From NCBI GenBank assembly GCA_048538275.1, contig JBLYPW010000001.1, positions 1 through 36,243 on the forward strand: a stretch of DNA of 36,243 nt. The letters are read 5' to 3'. This document shows positions 16,623 to 27,032 of this stretch, piece by piece. Source of the DNA: Candidatus Komeilibacteria bacterium (GTDB taxonomy: Bacteria > Patescibacteriota > Patescibacteriia > UBA1558). The translations under genes and the position numbers were made by a program. The notes beneath the pieces are model-generated. The model did not search any database. It was given only the letters and a program-made list of their open reading frames with translations, and was not told the origin of the DNA. Numbering within the stretch: position 1 is the first letter of the stretch; every line of letters starts with the position of its first letter.

Positions 16623-16894
16623 TTTTACCTTCCTTGGTTTTGTTTTGTTTGATTACCAACCGTATACTATTTTTTTAATTGGTCAATACTATCAGCTATA
16701 ATGTCAAAAGGAAATAGAACTGTCCTATCTTAGTTAATGGGGATGTTTTGGGTGTTTGTCTAATAGTAGTGTTTAGCTGGTATAATCCAAGGAATGCTCT
16801 TTTGACGAGGCTTTTGTTTTTTTGTTATTGTCTGGAAAAGATAGGGTTGAGTGATTTTTGCTTGGCTTGAGTTAAAGGATTGTGTAAGTTAGCT

Positions 16895-17863
16895 TTAGCT
16901 TGGGGCATGTTCATTTAAATAATTTTTTACTATCTTTTCTACTTGTTGAACATTTTCAGTGGCCATCAATTTTGCACGCAGTTCTTTGGCTCCCGGCCAG
17001 CCGGTAACATAGGCTTTGAAATGCTTTTTCATAATAGCAAAGTTTTTATGTTGACCAAGTAGTTTGTCATATAGCTTAGTATGTTCTAGCAGGACTGTTA
17101 GTTTTTTCTTTAGTGAGATGTCAGTGTGGTTTATTTTTTTATTGAAAAGCCAAGGGTTACCAAAAACAGCTCTACCGAACATGATGCCAGCAGCGCCAGT
17201 GATGTTGGCCTTGGCACGTGCATCATCTAAATCTTTGACATCGCCGTTGCCGATTATTAAAACGCCACTTTTTTGGGCGATGTTCACAGCCTGTTTGATG
17301 GCATTCCAATCGGCCGGCACCTTGGACATTTGTTGGCGAGTGCGGGCGTGAATAGTGATGGCAACCGGTTTAGTTGCCAGTAGGGCGGGTAGCCAAGTTT
17401 CTAGTTCATTAGTCCGAATACCGATGCGCGTTTTGATTGACACGGGTAAATTAGCTGCCCCTTCTTTGGTAGCGGCCACTATTTCTTGCGCCAACTGGGG
17501 ATGTTGGATCAGCTCAGCACCGGCATATTGCTTTTGGATATTTTTGGCTGGACATCCCATATTGATATCTATACCATCAAAGCCCAGTTGTTTAACCAAT
17601 TTGGCTGATTCAAAAAAATTTTCCGGACGAGAACCAAAAATTTGGGCTACTATTGGGCGCTGACTGTGATCATAAATAAAATTGTGCAGCAAGGCCGGTT
17701 TGCCAGCTGAGCATAGTCCATCGCAGGAAACAAATTCTGTGAACATAATGTCCGGTTTTCCATATTTGGCTATCACGTGACGAAAAGCAGCATCAGTAAC
17801 ATCTGCCATAGGCGCTAAGGCAAAGAATGGTCGTGGTAGTTTTTGCCAAAAATTTTTCTTCAT
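16895..17863 (-). CDS. dus: tRNA-dihydrouridine synthase (Dus family)
   Basis: LAPMADVTD, AQIFG, GIDINMGCP, SIKTRIG, IHART, IGNGDV and GRAVFGNPWLF motifs. Confidence 0.95.
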   Translation of the reverse strand: MKKNFWQKLPRPFFALAPMADVTDAAFRHVIAKYGKPDIMFTEFVSCDGLCSAGKPALLHNFIYDHSQRPIVAQIFGSRPENFFESAKLVKQLGFDGIDINMGCPAKNIQKQYAGAELIQHPQLAQEIVAATKEGAANLPVSIKTRIGIRTNELETWLPALLATKPVAITIHARTRQQMSKVPADWNAIKQAVNIAQKSGVLIIGNGDVKDLDDARAKANITGAAGIMFGRAVFGNPWLFNKKINHTDISLKKKLTVLLEHTKLYDKLLGQHKNFAIMKKHFKAYVTGWPGAKELRAKLMATENVQQVEKIVKNYLNEHAPS

Positions 17864-17938
17864 GGATTTATCTTAGGTTATTTTTTCTACCTAGGCAAAT
17901 ATTATGTATTATTCGCCAATTTTGTTATAATTTAAATT

Positions 17939-19360
17939 ATGAATAATGATACTGAAAATATAAAGCGAGAATTTCCCCAGGCGCCACGTCTGCGTAAATT
18001 ATTGGGTCCCAGTTTTATCATTTTGGCTATGGGATTGGGCTCTGGTGAGGTGATTTTATGGCCGTATTTAGCGGCTAATATTGGTTTGGGTATTGCTTGG
18101 GGCGCTTTACTGGGGATTACTTTTCAGTATTTTATGAACATGGAAATAGAACGTTATGCGCTGGTGAAGGGCGAAAGTGTTTTTGTTGGTCTAGGAAAAT
18201 TATTTAAACGGGCGCCTTATTGGTTTATTATCTCTACTTTTATCGGTTTTGGTTTACCTGGTATTATTGCTGCTGCGGCGCAAGTATTGGGGCATGTTGT
18301 CGGTATCACGGATTTTAAATGGTTGGCCATGTTATTGTTGGTAGTGATTGGGATTATTTTAAGCGCTGGTAAAACTGTTTATGGTATGATGGAGCGCATT
18401 ACCAAAATTATTATATCACTGGGCGTTCCTTTTATCTTTATTCTCACGGTTATCATGGCTACTAGCACTGATTGGATCAGTCTGTTGCAGGGATTGGTCG
18501 GCAGAGGTATGGATTATAATTGGCTGCCAACGGGTTTGGCGATGGCAACATTTTTTGCTGCTTTTGCTTATTCTGGTGCGGGTGGTAATTTAAATCTTAC
18601 ACAGTCTATTTATATAAAGGAAAAAGGTTATGGCATGGGTAAGTACGCGCCTAAGATTGCCGGATTATTCAAAGGCGGTAAACTAGAACAACAGCAAATC
18701 AAGCTAAGCGGTACGGATTTTACTATTGATGAAACCAGTATCAATCGTTTTCAGACGTGGTGGCGCAGAATAAGCTGGGAACATTTTTTGGTTTTTTGGC
18801 TAGTGGGGTTATTGGGGATGTTGTTTTTAATGTTGTTATCATATAGCACTACTTATGGTCTAGCCGGTAATGCCGAGGGTATTAGTTTTGTTATTAATGA
18901 AGGTATAATATTGGGTGGCCAATTATTTCCAGCCATTGGCGTGATTTTTCTCATAGTTGTTGCGATCATGTTATTTCAAACGCAATTGGGTATTATGGAT
19001 TCAACATCGCGCATTATGGCGGAAAATCTGGCGGTCAAGAAATTGGCACATGAAAAAAAACAGACCGTTAATTTGTCCCGTATTTATTATGGTTTTGTCT
19101 GGGCGCAGATTATCTTTGGTTTGATTTTATTTGCTGGCAATATTTATGAACCCAAAACCTTGATTGTATTGGGAGCGGTAATCAATGCCGTAGCTATGTT
19201 TGTGCACGTGGGCTTGGTCACTTGGTTGAATTATAAAAAATTGCCAGTTGTTTTTCAGCCACGATGGTGGCGTCGCGTAATTTTATTAATAATATTTTTG
19301 TTCTTTGCTGTTTTTAGTGTCATTGCTATAAACGATGCTTGGCAGAAATGGTTTAGCTAA
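17939..19360 (+). CDS. Nramp-like (APC-fold) membrane transporter
   Basis: LGP.FI..A.GLGSGE.ILWP and E..RY....GE motifs; about 11 TM helices. Confidence 0.75.
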   Translation: MNNDTENIKREFPQAPRLRKLLGPSFIILAMGLGSGEVILWPYLAANIGLGIAWGALLGITFQYFMNMEIERYALVKGESVFVGLGKLFKRAPYWFIISTFIGFGLPGIIAAAAQVLGHVVGITDFKWLAMLLLVVIGIILSAGKTVYGMMERITKIIISLGVPFIFILTVIMATSTDWISLLQGLVGRGMDYNWLPTGLAMATFFAAFAYSGAGGNLNLTQSIYIKEKGYGMGKYAPKIAGLFKGGKLEQQQIKLSGTDFTIDETSINRFQTWWRRISWEHFLVFWLVGLLGMLFLMLLSYSTTYGLAGNAEGISFVINEGIILGGQLFPAIGVIFLIVVAIMLFQTQLGIMDSTSRIMAENLAVKKLAHEKKQTVNLSRIYYGFVWAQIIFGLILFAGNIYEPKTLIVLGAVINAVAMFVHVGLVTWLNYKKLPVVFQPRWWRRVILLIIFLFFAVFSVIAINDAWQKWFS

Positions 19361-19447
19361 CCTTAGTTAATAATCCTCTTAAAATTTGGTTATATAATAG
19401 TTAAGCAAAACATGACGAAGATTTTTTATTTATAACAACTAGAACAT

Positions 19448-19789
19448 ATGAGTATTTTTGAACAGATGCCACAGCCGGATGATAATATAAAATCATCTGA
19501 ACAAAAACAGGAGGAAAAAGAAAAAAAGGAAATTAATAATACCGCAAACTTCCAAGAGGCCGTAAATTCAGGCAATCTTCAGGAGGCAGCGACTTGGCTG
19601 GAGCAGGTCAAATCTGAATCTCAGTATGACATTCGTTGGCTTGACCACCGCAGTCGTGAGCTTATGAGAGCTTTGTGTGATGCGGGACAACTAGATGAAG
19701 CAGAGAAGTACATTGAATATGCGCAGAATGAAGAAGGCCGCCTTGGTCGGCGAGAAAAAATAGAAAGGTTGCGCAAACAAGCGACCTAA
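19448..19789 (+). CDS. Hypothetical helical protein
   Basis: 113-aa ORF with helical-repeat-like pattern (A...G.L.EA twice). Confidence 0.65.
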   Translation: MSIFEQMPQPDDNIKSSEQKQEEKEKKEINNTANFQEAVNSGNLQEAATWLEQVKSESQYDIRWLDHRSRELMRALCDAGQLDEAEKYIEYAQNEEGRLGRREKIERLRKQAT

Positions 19790-20034
19790 ATTTCAGGTTT
19801 AATTTTGTGTTATACATTAGCTAACATGGAATAATCGGTTCGGGGCTAGTACGATTTATTACATAAATTAAAGAGTTGTACCAGCCCCTTTCTCAAATTT
19901 ACTTCCCTTTTGTTTTAAGTACATCGACGATTGATGCATTTAAAAGGAATGGTAACTAAATTAAGTTTAACAAATCAAATCGGGAAGCAAATCTTGCTTA
20001 TTCCGATACATTAGTATACAAGCTAGGAGGGATT

Positions 20035-20328
20035 ATGAGGTTTTTATTTTTGGTTTTGAGTGGTGTGTTGTTGATTGGTTGTTTTTCACAGCTTACGCAA
20101 GTTTTGCCTGATAATATAGTTGGGCCGGTGCAAGACTTGCCATCAGCGCCAACGCCAATACCATCTTCGTCGGACAATAAACTATTGCCCTTTGAGCATT
20201 TTATGAAATTGGAGAAAGAGTGGCGCGACTGGCTTTGTTGTACTGGTTGGTTGCCGGTGCCGGACGATGACACAACCAATGGCCAAGCTCCGATTCGCCC
20301 CAGTGGCCACAATGGTTTAATTGTCTAG
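20035..20328 (+). CDS. Putative lipoprotein or secreted protein
   Basis: AGGAGG RBS; signal-like N-terminus with LLIGC lipobox-like motif; downstream terminator. Confidence 0.6.
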   Translation: MRFLFLVLSGVLLIGCFSQLTQVLPDNIVGPVQDLPSAPTPIPSSSDNKLLPFEHFMKLEKEWRDWLCCTGWLPVPDDDTTNGQAPIRPSGHNGLIV

Positions 20329-20346
20329 TTGGCTCTTTATTTTTGA

Positions 20347-20375
20347 CCCGTCGCTTCAGTGGTGGCGGGTTTTTT
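20347..20375 (+). terminator. Intrinsic terminator
   Basis: ACCCGTCGC...GTGGCGGGT followed by TTTTT. Confidence 0.7.
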
Positions 20376-20459
20376 GTTATCCACAGTTGAATATTGACAT
20401 AATATAATTATGGGTATATATTCATAATATAATAATTAAGGCTAAGAAAGGGATTAATT

Positions 20460-20618
20460 ATGCCTAATAGAGATGGTACTGGCCCAACAGGCAAGGGTCC
20501 CATGACCGGTCGCGGTTTGGGTAATTGTCGTGATGGCAACGCTAATACTTTGCCGCAGCGTGCTAATATAGGACGTGGCAGAAATATGGGTATTGGCCGT
20601 AGGGTCAGACAAAAATAA
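20460..20618 (+). CDS. DUF5320-family Gly/Arg-rich small protein (52 aa)
   Basis: MPNRDGTGPTGKGPMTGRGLGNC signature; not in the ORF track. Confidence 0.85.
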   Translation: MPNRDGTGPTGKGPMTGRGLGNCRDGNANTLPQRANIGRGRNMGIGRRVRQK

Positions 20619-20620
20619 AT

Positions 20621-20923
20621 ATGCGTCGAGGAAAGCGAGTTTTTGGTCCGGGCAGGCCTCGGGTTAGGCGTTGGCTACGTTTTCAACCCGAGGTCAAATA
20701 TTTTAAACCGCAAGGCATTCCTTTGCGGGATCTTCAACAGGTAATTTTATTGCCTGATGAAGTAGAGGCTTTGCGTTTAAAAAATATTGAGCAATTGGAT
20801 CAAATGGCCTGTGCTCAGCAAATGAAGATTTCGCAGAGTACTTTGCAAAGGATTTTAAGCTCTGCTTATAAAAAAATTAGTGAGGCAATAGTAAAAGGCA
20901 AAGCTATCAAAATAGAAGATTAA
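20621..20923 (+). CDS. DUF134 (UPF0251) predicted DNA-binding protein
   Basis: RPR..R, YFKP.GIP, E.EALRL...E.L.Q...A..M.IS..T..RIL.SA..KI..A.V.GKAI.IE. Confidence 0.9.
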   Translation: MRRGKRVFGPGRPRVRRWLRFQPEVKYFKPQGIPLRDLQQVILLPDEVEALRLKNIEQLDQMACAQQMKISQSTLQRILSSAYKKISEAIVKGKAIKIED

Positions 20924-21094
20924 TTTTTTATTTTGATTTAATTAGTAGCAGTTTTTTGCTATACTGATGTTATTAGTTTGACCTCTTTTTTATTAAATAG
21001 ATAAATATAACAAAATTAATGAAGTTGGTTTTATAGTAAATCATGAGCGTGGTAGTATATTTGGTCGTATTATAATTTTTATTAGTTCAATAAG

Positions 21095-21859
21095 ATGAAA
21101 TTAATTTCTTGGAATGTAAATGGTATAAGAGCTGCTGAGCGTAAAGGTTTTTTGGATTGGCTATATAAACAAAAAGCAGATATTATTGGCGTACAAGAAA
21201 CCAAGGCCCACCCCGAACAATTGTCGGACAAATTATTGTCTGTTGATGGCTATCATAGCTATTGGGCTTCTGCTCAGCGTAAGGGCTATAGTGGTGTGGC
21301 GGTATGGACAAAACAAAAGCCGATTAGGGTGACTGACAAATTAGGTAAGTCAAAATTTGACAATGAAGGACGGGTGTTGCGCTTGGATTATCCTACATTT
21401 GTTTTCTTTAATGTTTATTTTCCCAACGGCGGTGCTTCTGTTGAGCGGTTACAATATAAAATGGAATTTTATCAGTGGTTTTTAGCGGAGATTAATAAAG
21501 TAAAGCAACAAGGCAAAAATGTCATTTTTTGTGGTGATGTCAATACCGCTCATCAAGAGATTGATTTGGCTCGGCCCAAAGAGAATAGCGCGGTTTCCGG
21601 ATTTTTGCCACAGGAAAGAGCCTGGTTAGATCAAGTTGAGTCTGCCGGCTATATTGATAGTTTTCGTTATTTACATCCGCAACAAGTGAAGTATAGTTGG
21701 TGGGACTATAAAACACGAGCACGCGAGCGTAATGTCGGCTGGCGGATTGATTATTTTTTTGTTAATAAAAAATTGGCCAGGACGGTCAAAAAGGCTGCTA
21801 TTGATAATAAGACCATGGGTTCGGATCATTGCCCAGTAATTTTGGAGCTTGATTTATAA
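21095..21859 (+). CDS. xth: Exodeoxyribonuclease III
   Basis: SWNVNGIRA, QETK, GYSGVA, YFPNG, GDVN.AH, GWRIDYF and SDHCP motifs. Confidence 0.96.
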   Translation: MKLISWNVNGIRAAERKGFLDWLYKQKADIIGVQETKAHPEQLSDKLLSVDGYHSYWASAQRKGYSGVAVWTKQKPIRVTDKLGKSKFDNEGRVLRLDYPTFVFFNVYFPNGGASVERLQYKMEFYQWFLAEINKVKQQGKNVIFCGDVNTAHQEIDLARPKENSAVSGFLPQERAWLDQVESAGYIDSFRYLHPQQVKYSWWDYKTRARERNVGWRIDYFFVNKKLARTVKKAAIDNKTMGSDHCPVILELDL

Positions 21860-21886
21860 GGCTTAACAGAAAAGACTCTTCCGTGT

Positions 21887-22615
21887 TTAGGAAGAGTCTT
21901 TCATTTTTTCGTCAGCCAATAAAGCTTGGGGTAGCTGGGTGACTGATTTTAGGATTAAATGTTTTGGAACACCGTATTGTAGCCAATCGTGTTGATTAGC
22001 GAGTATAGAAACAATGCCCATAAAATTCAGTGGCGGTGTGTGATTATAAGACGCTTTTAGGTCATAATCAATAGTGTCGCCAATATACCATAGATTGTCC
22101 CAGTTTTTTAAGGTGTGTAACCTGGATAATACGGGACCAAATACAGCTGGGTCTGGCTTGCGGTAACGCGCCTGATCTTCCCCTTGAATGAAATTAAACA
22201 AATTAGCATTCAATTCTTGTTGTGCCAATCGTAGCATCATACCGGCACGGTCGCGACTGCTTAGTATGCCTAGCCAATGTCCGGCCTCTTTCAGGGCTTG
22301 TAACATATTAGGCAAACCAGAAATGCGAGGGTAGGCTTTGTTAGAGTTGCGTTCTATGTAAGCCTTGATCAGCCTTTGTTTTTGTTTTTCTGTCCAGCCA
22401 TTAGCTAGGGCTAGGTTGTCCATAAATTCTCTGTTCCAAACTGCTCCCCAGTTGGCGATCAGTTGTTGTTTGGTGGGCGGTTTCATACCTAGCTCTTTAG
22501 CTAATTGAATGTGACGCAATATGCCGGCATTGGTAGACTTAGTTAGCGTTCCATCAAAATCAAACAATAAGCAATAAGTTTGTTTTAGTTGCGCGATTAA
22601 CTTTTTATGATCCAA
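21887..22615 (-). CDS. HAD-superfamily hydrolase
   Basis: FDFDGTL, ILSS, KPDP and YIGDT..D motifs. Confidence 0.88.
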   Translation of the reverse strand: MDHKKLIAQLKQTYCLLFDFDGTLTKSTNAGILRHIQLAKELGMKPPTKQQLIANWGAVWNREFMDNLALANGWTEKQKQRLIKAYIERNSNKAYPRISGLPNMLQALKEAGHWLGILSSRDRAGMMLRLAQQELNANLFNFIQGEDQARYRKPDPAVFGPVLSRLHTLKNWDNLWYIGDTIDYDLKASYNHTPPLNFMGIVSILANQHDWLQYGVPKHLILKSVTQLPQALLADEKMKDSS

Positions 22616-22779
22616 GATTATCTCCTTGTGATTGTTAAGAACATCAGTATCTTATATTAGAATTTTTTGTCATCTTAGTCAAATCTTGTTATTTTTCTTG
22701 ATTTATTGTTAAATAAAGGGCGGTAATAGTTTTTTTATTAGGAAAAATCTGCTATTATGAAGAGGTTAAAACATTTTTT

Positions 22780-25700
22780 ATGAGTAAAGAGTTAGCTAAA
22801 ATTTATCAACCTGGCGAGTGGGAAGATAAAATATATCAGCAGTGGGAAGAGGAGGGCTATTTTAATCCCGATGTTTGTGTGGAACAAGGCATTGCTTTGC
22901 CAGCGGCCCCGAGCTTTACTATTATATTGCCACCACCCAATATTACGGACAAATTACACTTGGGTCACGGCGTGATGTTGGCTTTGGAAGATATTATGAT
23001 TCGTTATCATCGGATGTTAGGTGAACGCGCTTTGTGGGTGCCGGGCACAGATCATGCCGCTATTGCCACTCAAAATGTAGTGGAGAAAATTTTGTTACAA
23101 GAAGAGAAGAAGAGCCGTCATGACTTGGGTAGGCTTCAGTTTTTGGATAGGGTGTGGCAGTTTGTTGCTAAGACACAATCTACAATTTTACAACAGATTC
23201 GTAAATCTGGCGCCTCTTTGGACTGGTCGCGAGAGGCTTTTACTTTGGATGCTCAGCGGCAGCGGGCGGTACAAAGAATGTTCGTGGATATGTATGAAGC
23301 GGGTATTATTTATCGGGGTCATCGCATTGTCAATTGGTGCCCGCGCTGTCAGTCCACTTTAGCAGATGACGAAGTGGAGTATCAGGAGCAGCCGGCGCAA
23401 CTTTATACTTTTACTTATGATAAAGATTTTCCCATCCCCATCTCTACTACTCGCCCGGAAACTAAACTAGGTGATACCGCAGTGGCGGTTCATCCTCAAG
23501 ACAAACGCTATAAAAAATTCCTTGGTCAAGAGTTGTCAGCTAATTTTTGTGGCCAGCCTTTGCGTATTAAAATTATTGCTGATGAGGCGGTTGATCCTGA
23601 TTATGGTACTGGAGCCTTGGGTGTGACGCCGGCTCACAGTATGGTGGATTATGAAATGGCGCAAAAGAATAATCTGTCGATTATTAAAGTGATAGATGAG
23701 GATGGTAGAATGATGCCAAGTCTGGGCGGGTTTAGCGGATTGCCGGTGAAGGAGGCTAGGGCTGAGATAGTAAAGTTATTGCAAGAGCAAGGGCTGTTAC
23801 AGTCCATGGAAGATATTAAAAATAATTTATCTATTTGTTATCGTTGTGGCACGGCCATTGAACCACTTACTTCTCGTCAGTGGTTTATAGCCGTAGATAA
23901 GCCGGTCAAACGTTTGCATAAAAAGTCATTGAAGCAAGCGGCAATTGATTTAGCTAAACAAGGAGAAGTGCAATTTGTACCGGAGCGCTTTACTAAGCGC
24001 TATTTGGACTGGATGGAAAATTTACATGACTGGTGTATTTCCCGGCAAATTTGGTTTGGTCACCGCATTCCAGTTTGGTACAAGGGAGATATTAATGACA
24101 ATCCAGAGATAAAAGTACCGCATCAAATTACGCAGGTGGCGATTACTCGCCATGGATTAACCGATTGGAATAAAGACGGTATTGTGCAGGGACAGAGTAA
24201 TGTACCGTTAGATGAGCAATCTATAGAGCAGATTTATGATTTTGCCGATAAGATAAAACAGCATGGTTATACTGCTATTGTTAGCTCGCCTTTGCAACGC
24301 GCTCGACAGACGGCAGAGATTATTGCTGAGAAATTAAAATTGCCGGTAGTAATTGAGCCTTTGGTTAGAGAGCGTGATTATGGAGTGTTTGAGGGCAAGG
24401 CAGTGAAGGATATCAAACAGTCAGATCCGGATTATTATAAAGACAAAATCAATTATAAGATTTCGGGGGCGGAAACCTATGATGAAATGCAAAAACGGGC
24501 TGAAAAGTTTTTGCAAAAAATGGATAAAGAATTTCCTGGCCAAAAAGTTTTGGTGATTTCTCACAATGCTTTTATGCGGTCGCTACGTAGATTAAATAGT
24601 CATGATGATAATGCTACTTTGAGTGATTATCGTCCCAGTTTTGGCGAACTGGCCACTTATAATATTTTGGACGGAGAATATAAGTTGGCGGATTGGCGAC
24701 AAGACGAAGACTCGCTGGATACCTGGTTTTCTTCCGGTATGTGGACTTTTTCTACTTTGGGTTGGCCGGATAATATAAAAGGCGATAAAAAGATTGGCGA
24801 CTTAGCTGCCTTCCACCCCACGCAGGTGATGGAAACCGGCTATGAAATCATTACTTTATGGGTATCACGCATGATCATGATGTCCTTGTTTGCTTTGGGC
24901 GAGAAGCCTTTTTCTCAGGTGTATTTGCACGGTATGATTTTGGATGAACATGGTAAGAAAATGTCAAAGTCAAAAGGCAATGGCATTGACCCTTTGGATG
25001 TGATTGATAAATATGGCGCTGATGCCATGCGTTTGTCTTTGGTATTGGGCGCTACGCCCGGCAATGACGCGCGTATTGGCGAAACTAAAATAGCTGCTTT
25101 TCGGAATTTTACCAATAAGTTGTGGAATATAGCTCGTTATATATTGAGTAGCGTTGACATGTCCATGGCAGATCAAGAGATTGAGTCGGATCAGTTGACC
25201 ATAGCTGATATTTGGATAATGGATCGGATGGGTGAATTAATTGTAAGTACGCGTGAGGACATAGAAAATTTTCGTTTTGCCAGCGCCGGTGAAAAAATGC
25301 GTGATTTTACCTGGAATGATTTGGCAGACTGGTATATTGAAGTTAGTAAATATGAGCAGACAGTGAATAAATCCATTATTCTCGCGCGCATTTTGTTGGA
25401 TTTATTAAAACTATGGCACCCTTATATGCCATTTGTTACGGAGGCTATTTGGCAGCAGTCCGGACAGTCCGGTTTTATAATGGTACAATCATATCCAATG
25501 GTGGATTGGTATCATAATATAGTTGACCAAGATCAGATAGCCGGGCAACGTTTTGTTATATTACAGAATATTATCAGCGCCATCCGCAATATTTTGTCTG
25601 AATATAATGTGCCTAGCGGACAAAAAATAAATGTTACACTGATAACTAAGGAGCATGGTGATTGGTTGCAGAATGAGATTGAATTGTTGGAGTCTTTGCG

Positions 25701-26010
25701 CACTCAAGTGGGTAAGTTAAAAATTGTAGATAGTGGCAATCGTCCTAGTCAGTCTGCTTATACTGTGGTTGATAAAGTGGAGATAGTTGTTCCCTTGGCG
25801 GGCTTGATTGATATTGCCGCCGAATTAAAACGTATCACCCAGCGTATAGCAGAGTTAGACAATTTGATTGTTGGGATAAATAAGAAATTGGCTAATCAAA
25901 ACTTTGTACAACGCGCCCCTCAAGAAGTAGTTGATGCGGAAAAGGCCAAACAAGAACAGTATCAAGTGGAAAAAGATAAATTATTGGGACGTAAGCAAAA
26001 TTTACAATAA
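22780..26010 (+). CDS. valS: Valyl-tRNA synthetase with an inserted histidine-phosphatase domain
   Basis: PPPNIT..LHLGH, DHAAIATQ, TTRPET, DWCISRQ, KMSKS and a C-terminal coiled coil; RHG-domain insert at about aa 448-629. Confidence 0.96.
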   Translation: MSKELAKIYQPGEWEDKIYQQWEEEGYFNPDVCVEQGIALPAAPSFTIILPPPNITDKLHLGHGVMLALEDIMIRYHRMLGERALWVPGTDHAAIATQNVVEKILLQEEKKSRHDLGRLQFLDRVWQFVAKTQSTILQQIRKSGASLDWSREAFTLDAQRQRAVQRMFVDMYEAGIIYRGHRIVNWCPRCQSTLADDEVEYQEQPAQLYTFTYDKDFPIPISTTRPETKLGDTAVAVHPQDKRYKKFLGQELSANFCGQPLRIKIIADEAVDPDYGTGALGVTPAHSMVDYEMAQKNNLSIIKVIDEDGRMMPSLGGFSGLPVKEARAEIVKLLQEQGLLQSMEDIKNNLSICYRCGTAIEPLTSRQWFIAVDKPVKRLHKKSLKQAAIDLAKQGEVQFVPERFTKRYLDWMENLHDWCISRQIWFGHRIPVWYKGDINDNPEIKVPHQITQVAITRHGLTDWNKDGIVQGQSNVPLDEQSIEQIYDFADKIKQHGYTAIVSSPLQRARQTAEIIAEKLKLPVVIEPLVRERDYGVFEGKAVKDIKQSDPDYYKDKINYKISGAETYDEMQKRAEKFLQKMDKEFPGQKVLVISHNAFMRSLRRLNSHDDNATLSDYRPSFGELATYNILDGEYKLADWRQDEDSLDTWFSSGMWTFSTLGWPDNIKGDKKIGDLAAFHPTQVMETGYEIITLWVSRMIMMSLFALGEKPFSQVYLHGMILDEHGKKMSKSKGNGIDPLDVIDKYGADAMRLSLVLGATPGNDARIGETKIAAFRNFTNKLWNIARYILSSVDMSMADQEIESDQLTIADIWIMDRMGELIVSTREDIENFRFASAGEKMRDFTWNDLADWYIEVSKYEQTVNKSIILARILLDLLKLWHPYMPFVTEAIWQQSGQSGFIMVQSYPMVDWYHNIVDQDQIAGQRFVILQNIISAIRNILSEYNVPSGQKINVTLITKEHGDWLQNEIELLESLRTQVGKLKIVDSGNRPSQSAYTVVDKVEIVVPLAGLIDIAAELKRITQRIAELDNLIVGINKKLANQNFVQRAPQEVVDAEKAKQEQYQVEKDKLLGRKQNLQ

Positions 26011-26014
26011 GGCT

Positions 26015-26599
26015 ATGACCGAGCAAATATCTGGCCATAAACTTATATTTGAAGGAGCGGAGCTAACGGGCAAGAGCTTTATTATTAGCCAGGTTTATGA
26101 TTATTTGGAAAAAAAGTATAATAGCCACCCGCACATTCTCAATGGTTGCCATTGGTTGAATTGTGATATAGGTATTTTTGGTACAATATCCGGTCGTCAA
26201 GCTATAGAGCATTATGTTGATTTGTTAGCAGATTTGCCGGCGGAGAATATGATTTTGGAAAAATTGTATTGGAGTGATAAAGTTTATCAAAAGTTATATA
26301 ATAACAAAGAAGTAAATTATGATAAAATAGAAGAGCGGTTGTTGTCTTTGGGCGCGCGTGTTATTCTGACTACAGTGCAACCGAGTGAAGAATTGTGGGC
26401 AAAGCGTTTAGCTGATCGTCTATCTTTGTATCCACATTATAAGCGTATTAAACAAACACCAAAACAATATACTCGCCAGCAAGAAATTTATCAGGATATT
26501 GCTAGGCATAGTAAATTACCAAGTTTAACCATTGATCTCACCACCTTGCCAGATCCTGAGGCAGTGGATACAATATTACATTGGTTAGGAGAAAAATAA
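26015..26599 (+). CDS. P-loop nucleoside monophosphate kinase-like protein (thymidylate-kinase-like)
   Basis: LIFEGAELTGKS P-loop; likely start at ATG 26015. Confidence 0.65.
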   Translation: MTEQISGHKLIFEGAELTGKSFIISQVYDYLEKKYNSHPHILNGCHWLNCDIGIFGTISGRQAIEHYVDLLADLPAENMILEKLYWSDKVYQKLYNNKEVNYDKIEERLLSLGARVILTTVQPSEELWAKRLADRLSLYPHYKRIKQTPKQYTRQQEIYQDIARHSKLPSLTIDLTTLPDPEAVDTILHWLGEK

Positions 26600-26746
26600 A
26601 TGCCTTATTATAAATACAAGGGACATTTTAAGTGCCAGGCTTGCGGTAAGCGATTTACCAAAAAAGGAACTTGTCGTCCTCAGGTTTGTCCAGCTTGCCA
26701 GGCGGATAAACAAAATTTAACATTAGTCAAAAAAACAAAACTTTAA
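26600..26746 (+). CDS. Small zinc-ribbon/rubredoxin-like protein (48 aa)
   Basis: MPYYKYKGHFKCQACGKRF...VCPACQ, directly after the previous stop; not in the ORF track. Confidence 0.75.
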   Translation: MPYYKYKGHFKCQACGKRFTKKGTCRPQVCPACQADKQNLTLVKKTKL

Positions 26747-26763
26747 TTATTAACTATAATTTT

Positions 26764-27021
26764 ATGCAGTATCATGAACCTTATGATAAGTTGCCGGACG
26801 CTATCAAAGATCAGACTAGAGCAATAAATTCTTTGCGAGAAGAATTGGAAGCGATTGATTGGTATGATCAGCGAGCGGCCATAGTGAATGATCAAGAACT
26901 GAAAAAGATATTGGAGCATAATCGGGATGAGGAGAAAGAGCACGCTGCTATGCTAATTGAATGGTTGCGTAAGCATGATAAAGAATTTGATCGGCAGTTT
27001 TCCGAGCATGATCAAGTATAG
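26764..27021 (+). CDS. Encapsulin-associated-type ferritin-like protein (EncFtn family)
   Basis: YHEP, RAI.SL.EELEA.DWY.QR and ILEHNRDEEKEHAAML.EWLR motifs. Confidence 0.9.
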   Translation: MQYHEPYDKLPDAIKDQTRAINSLREELEAIDWYDQRAAIVNDQELKKILEHNRDEEKEHAAMLIEWLRKHDKEFDRQFSEHDQV

Positions 27022-27032
27022 AGCATGAGAAT

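Noticed and set aside
19842-19890. Hairpin GGGGCT...AGCCCC as a possible ncRNA
   Set aside because: A single imperfect stem, adequately explained as a terminator-like element after the 19448 gene.
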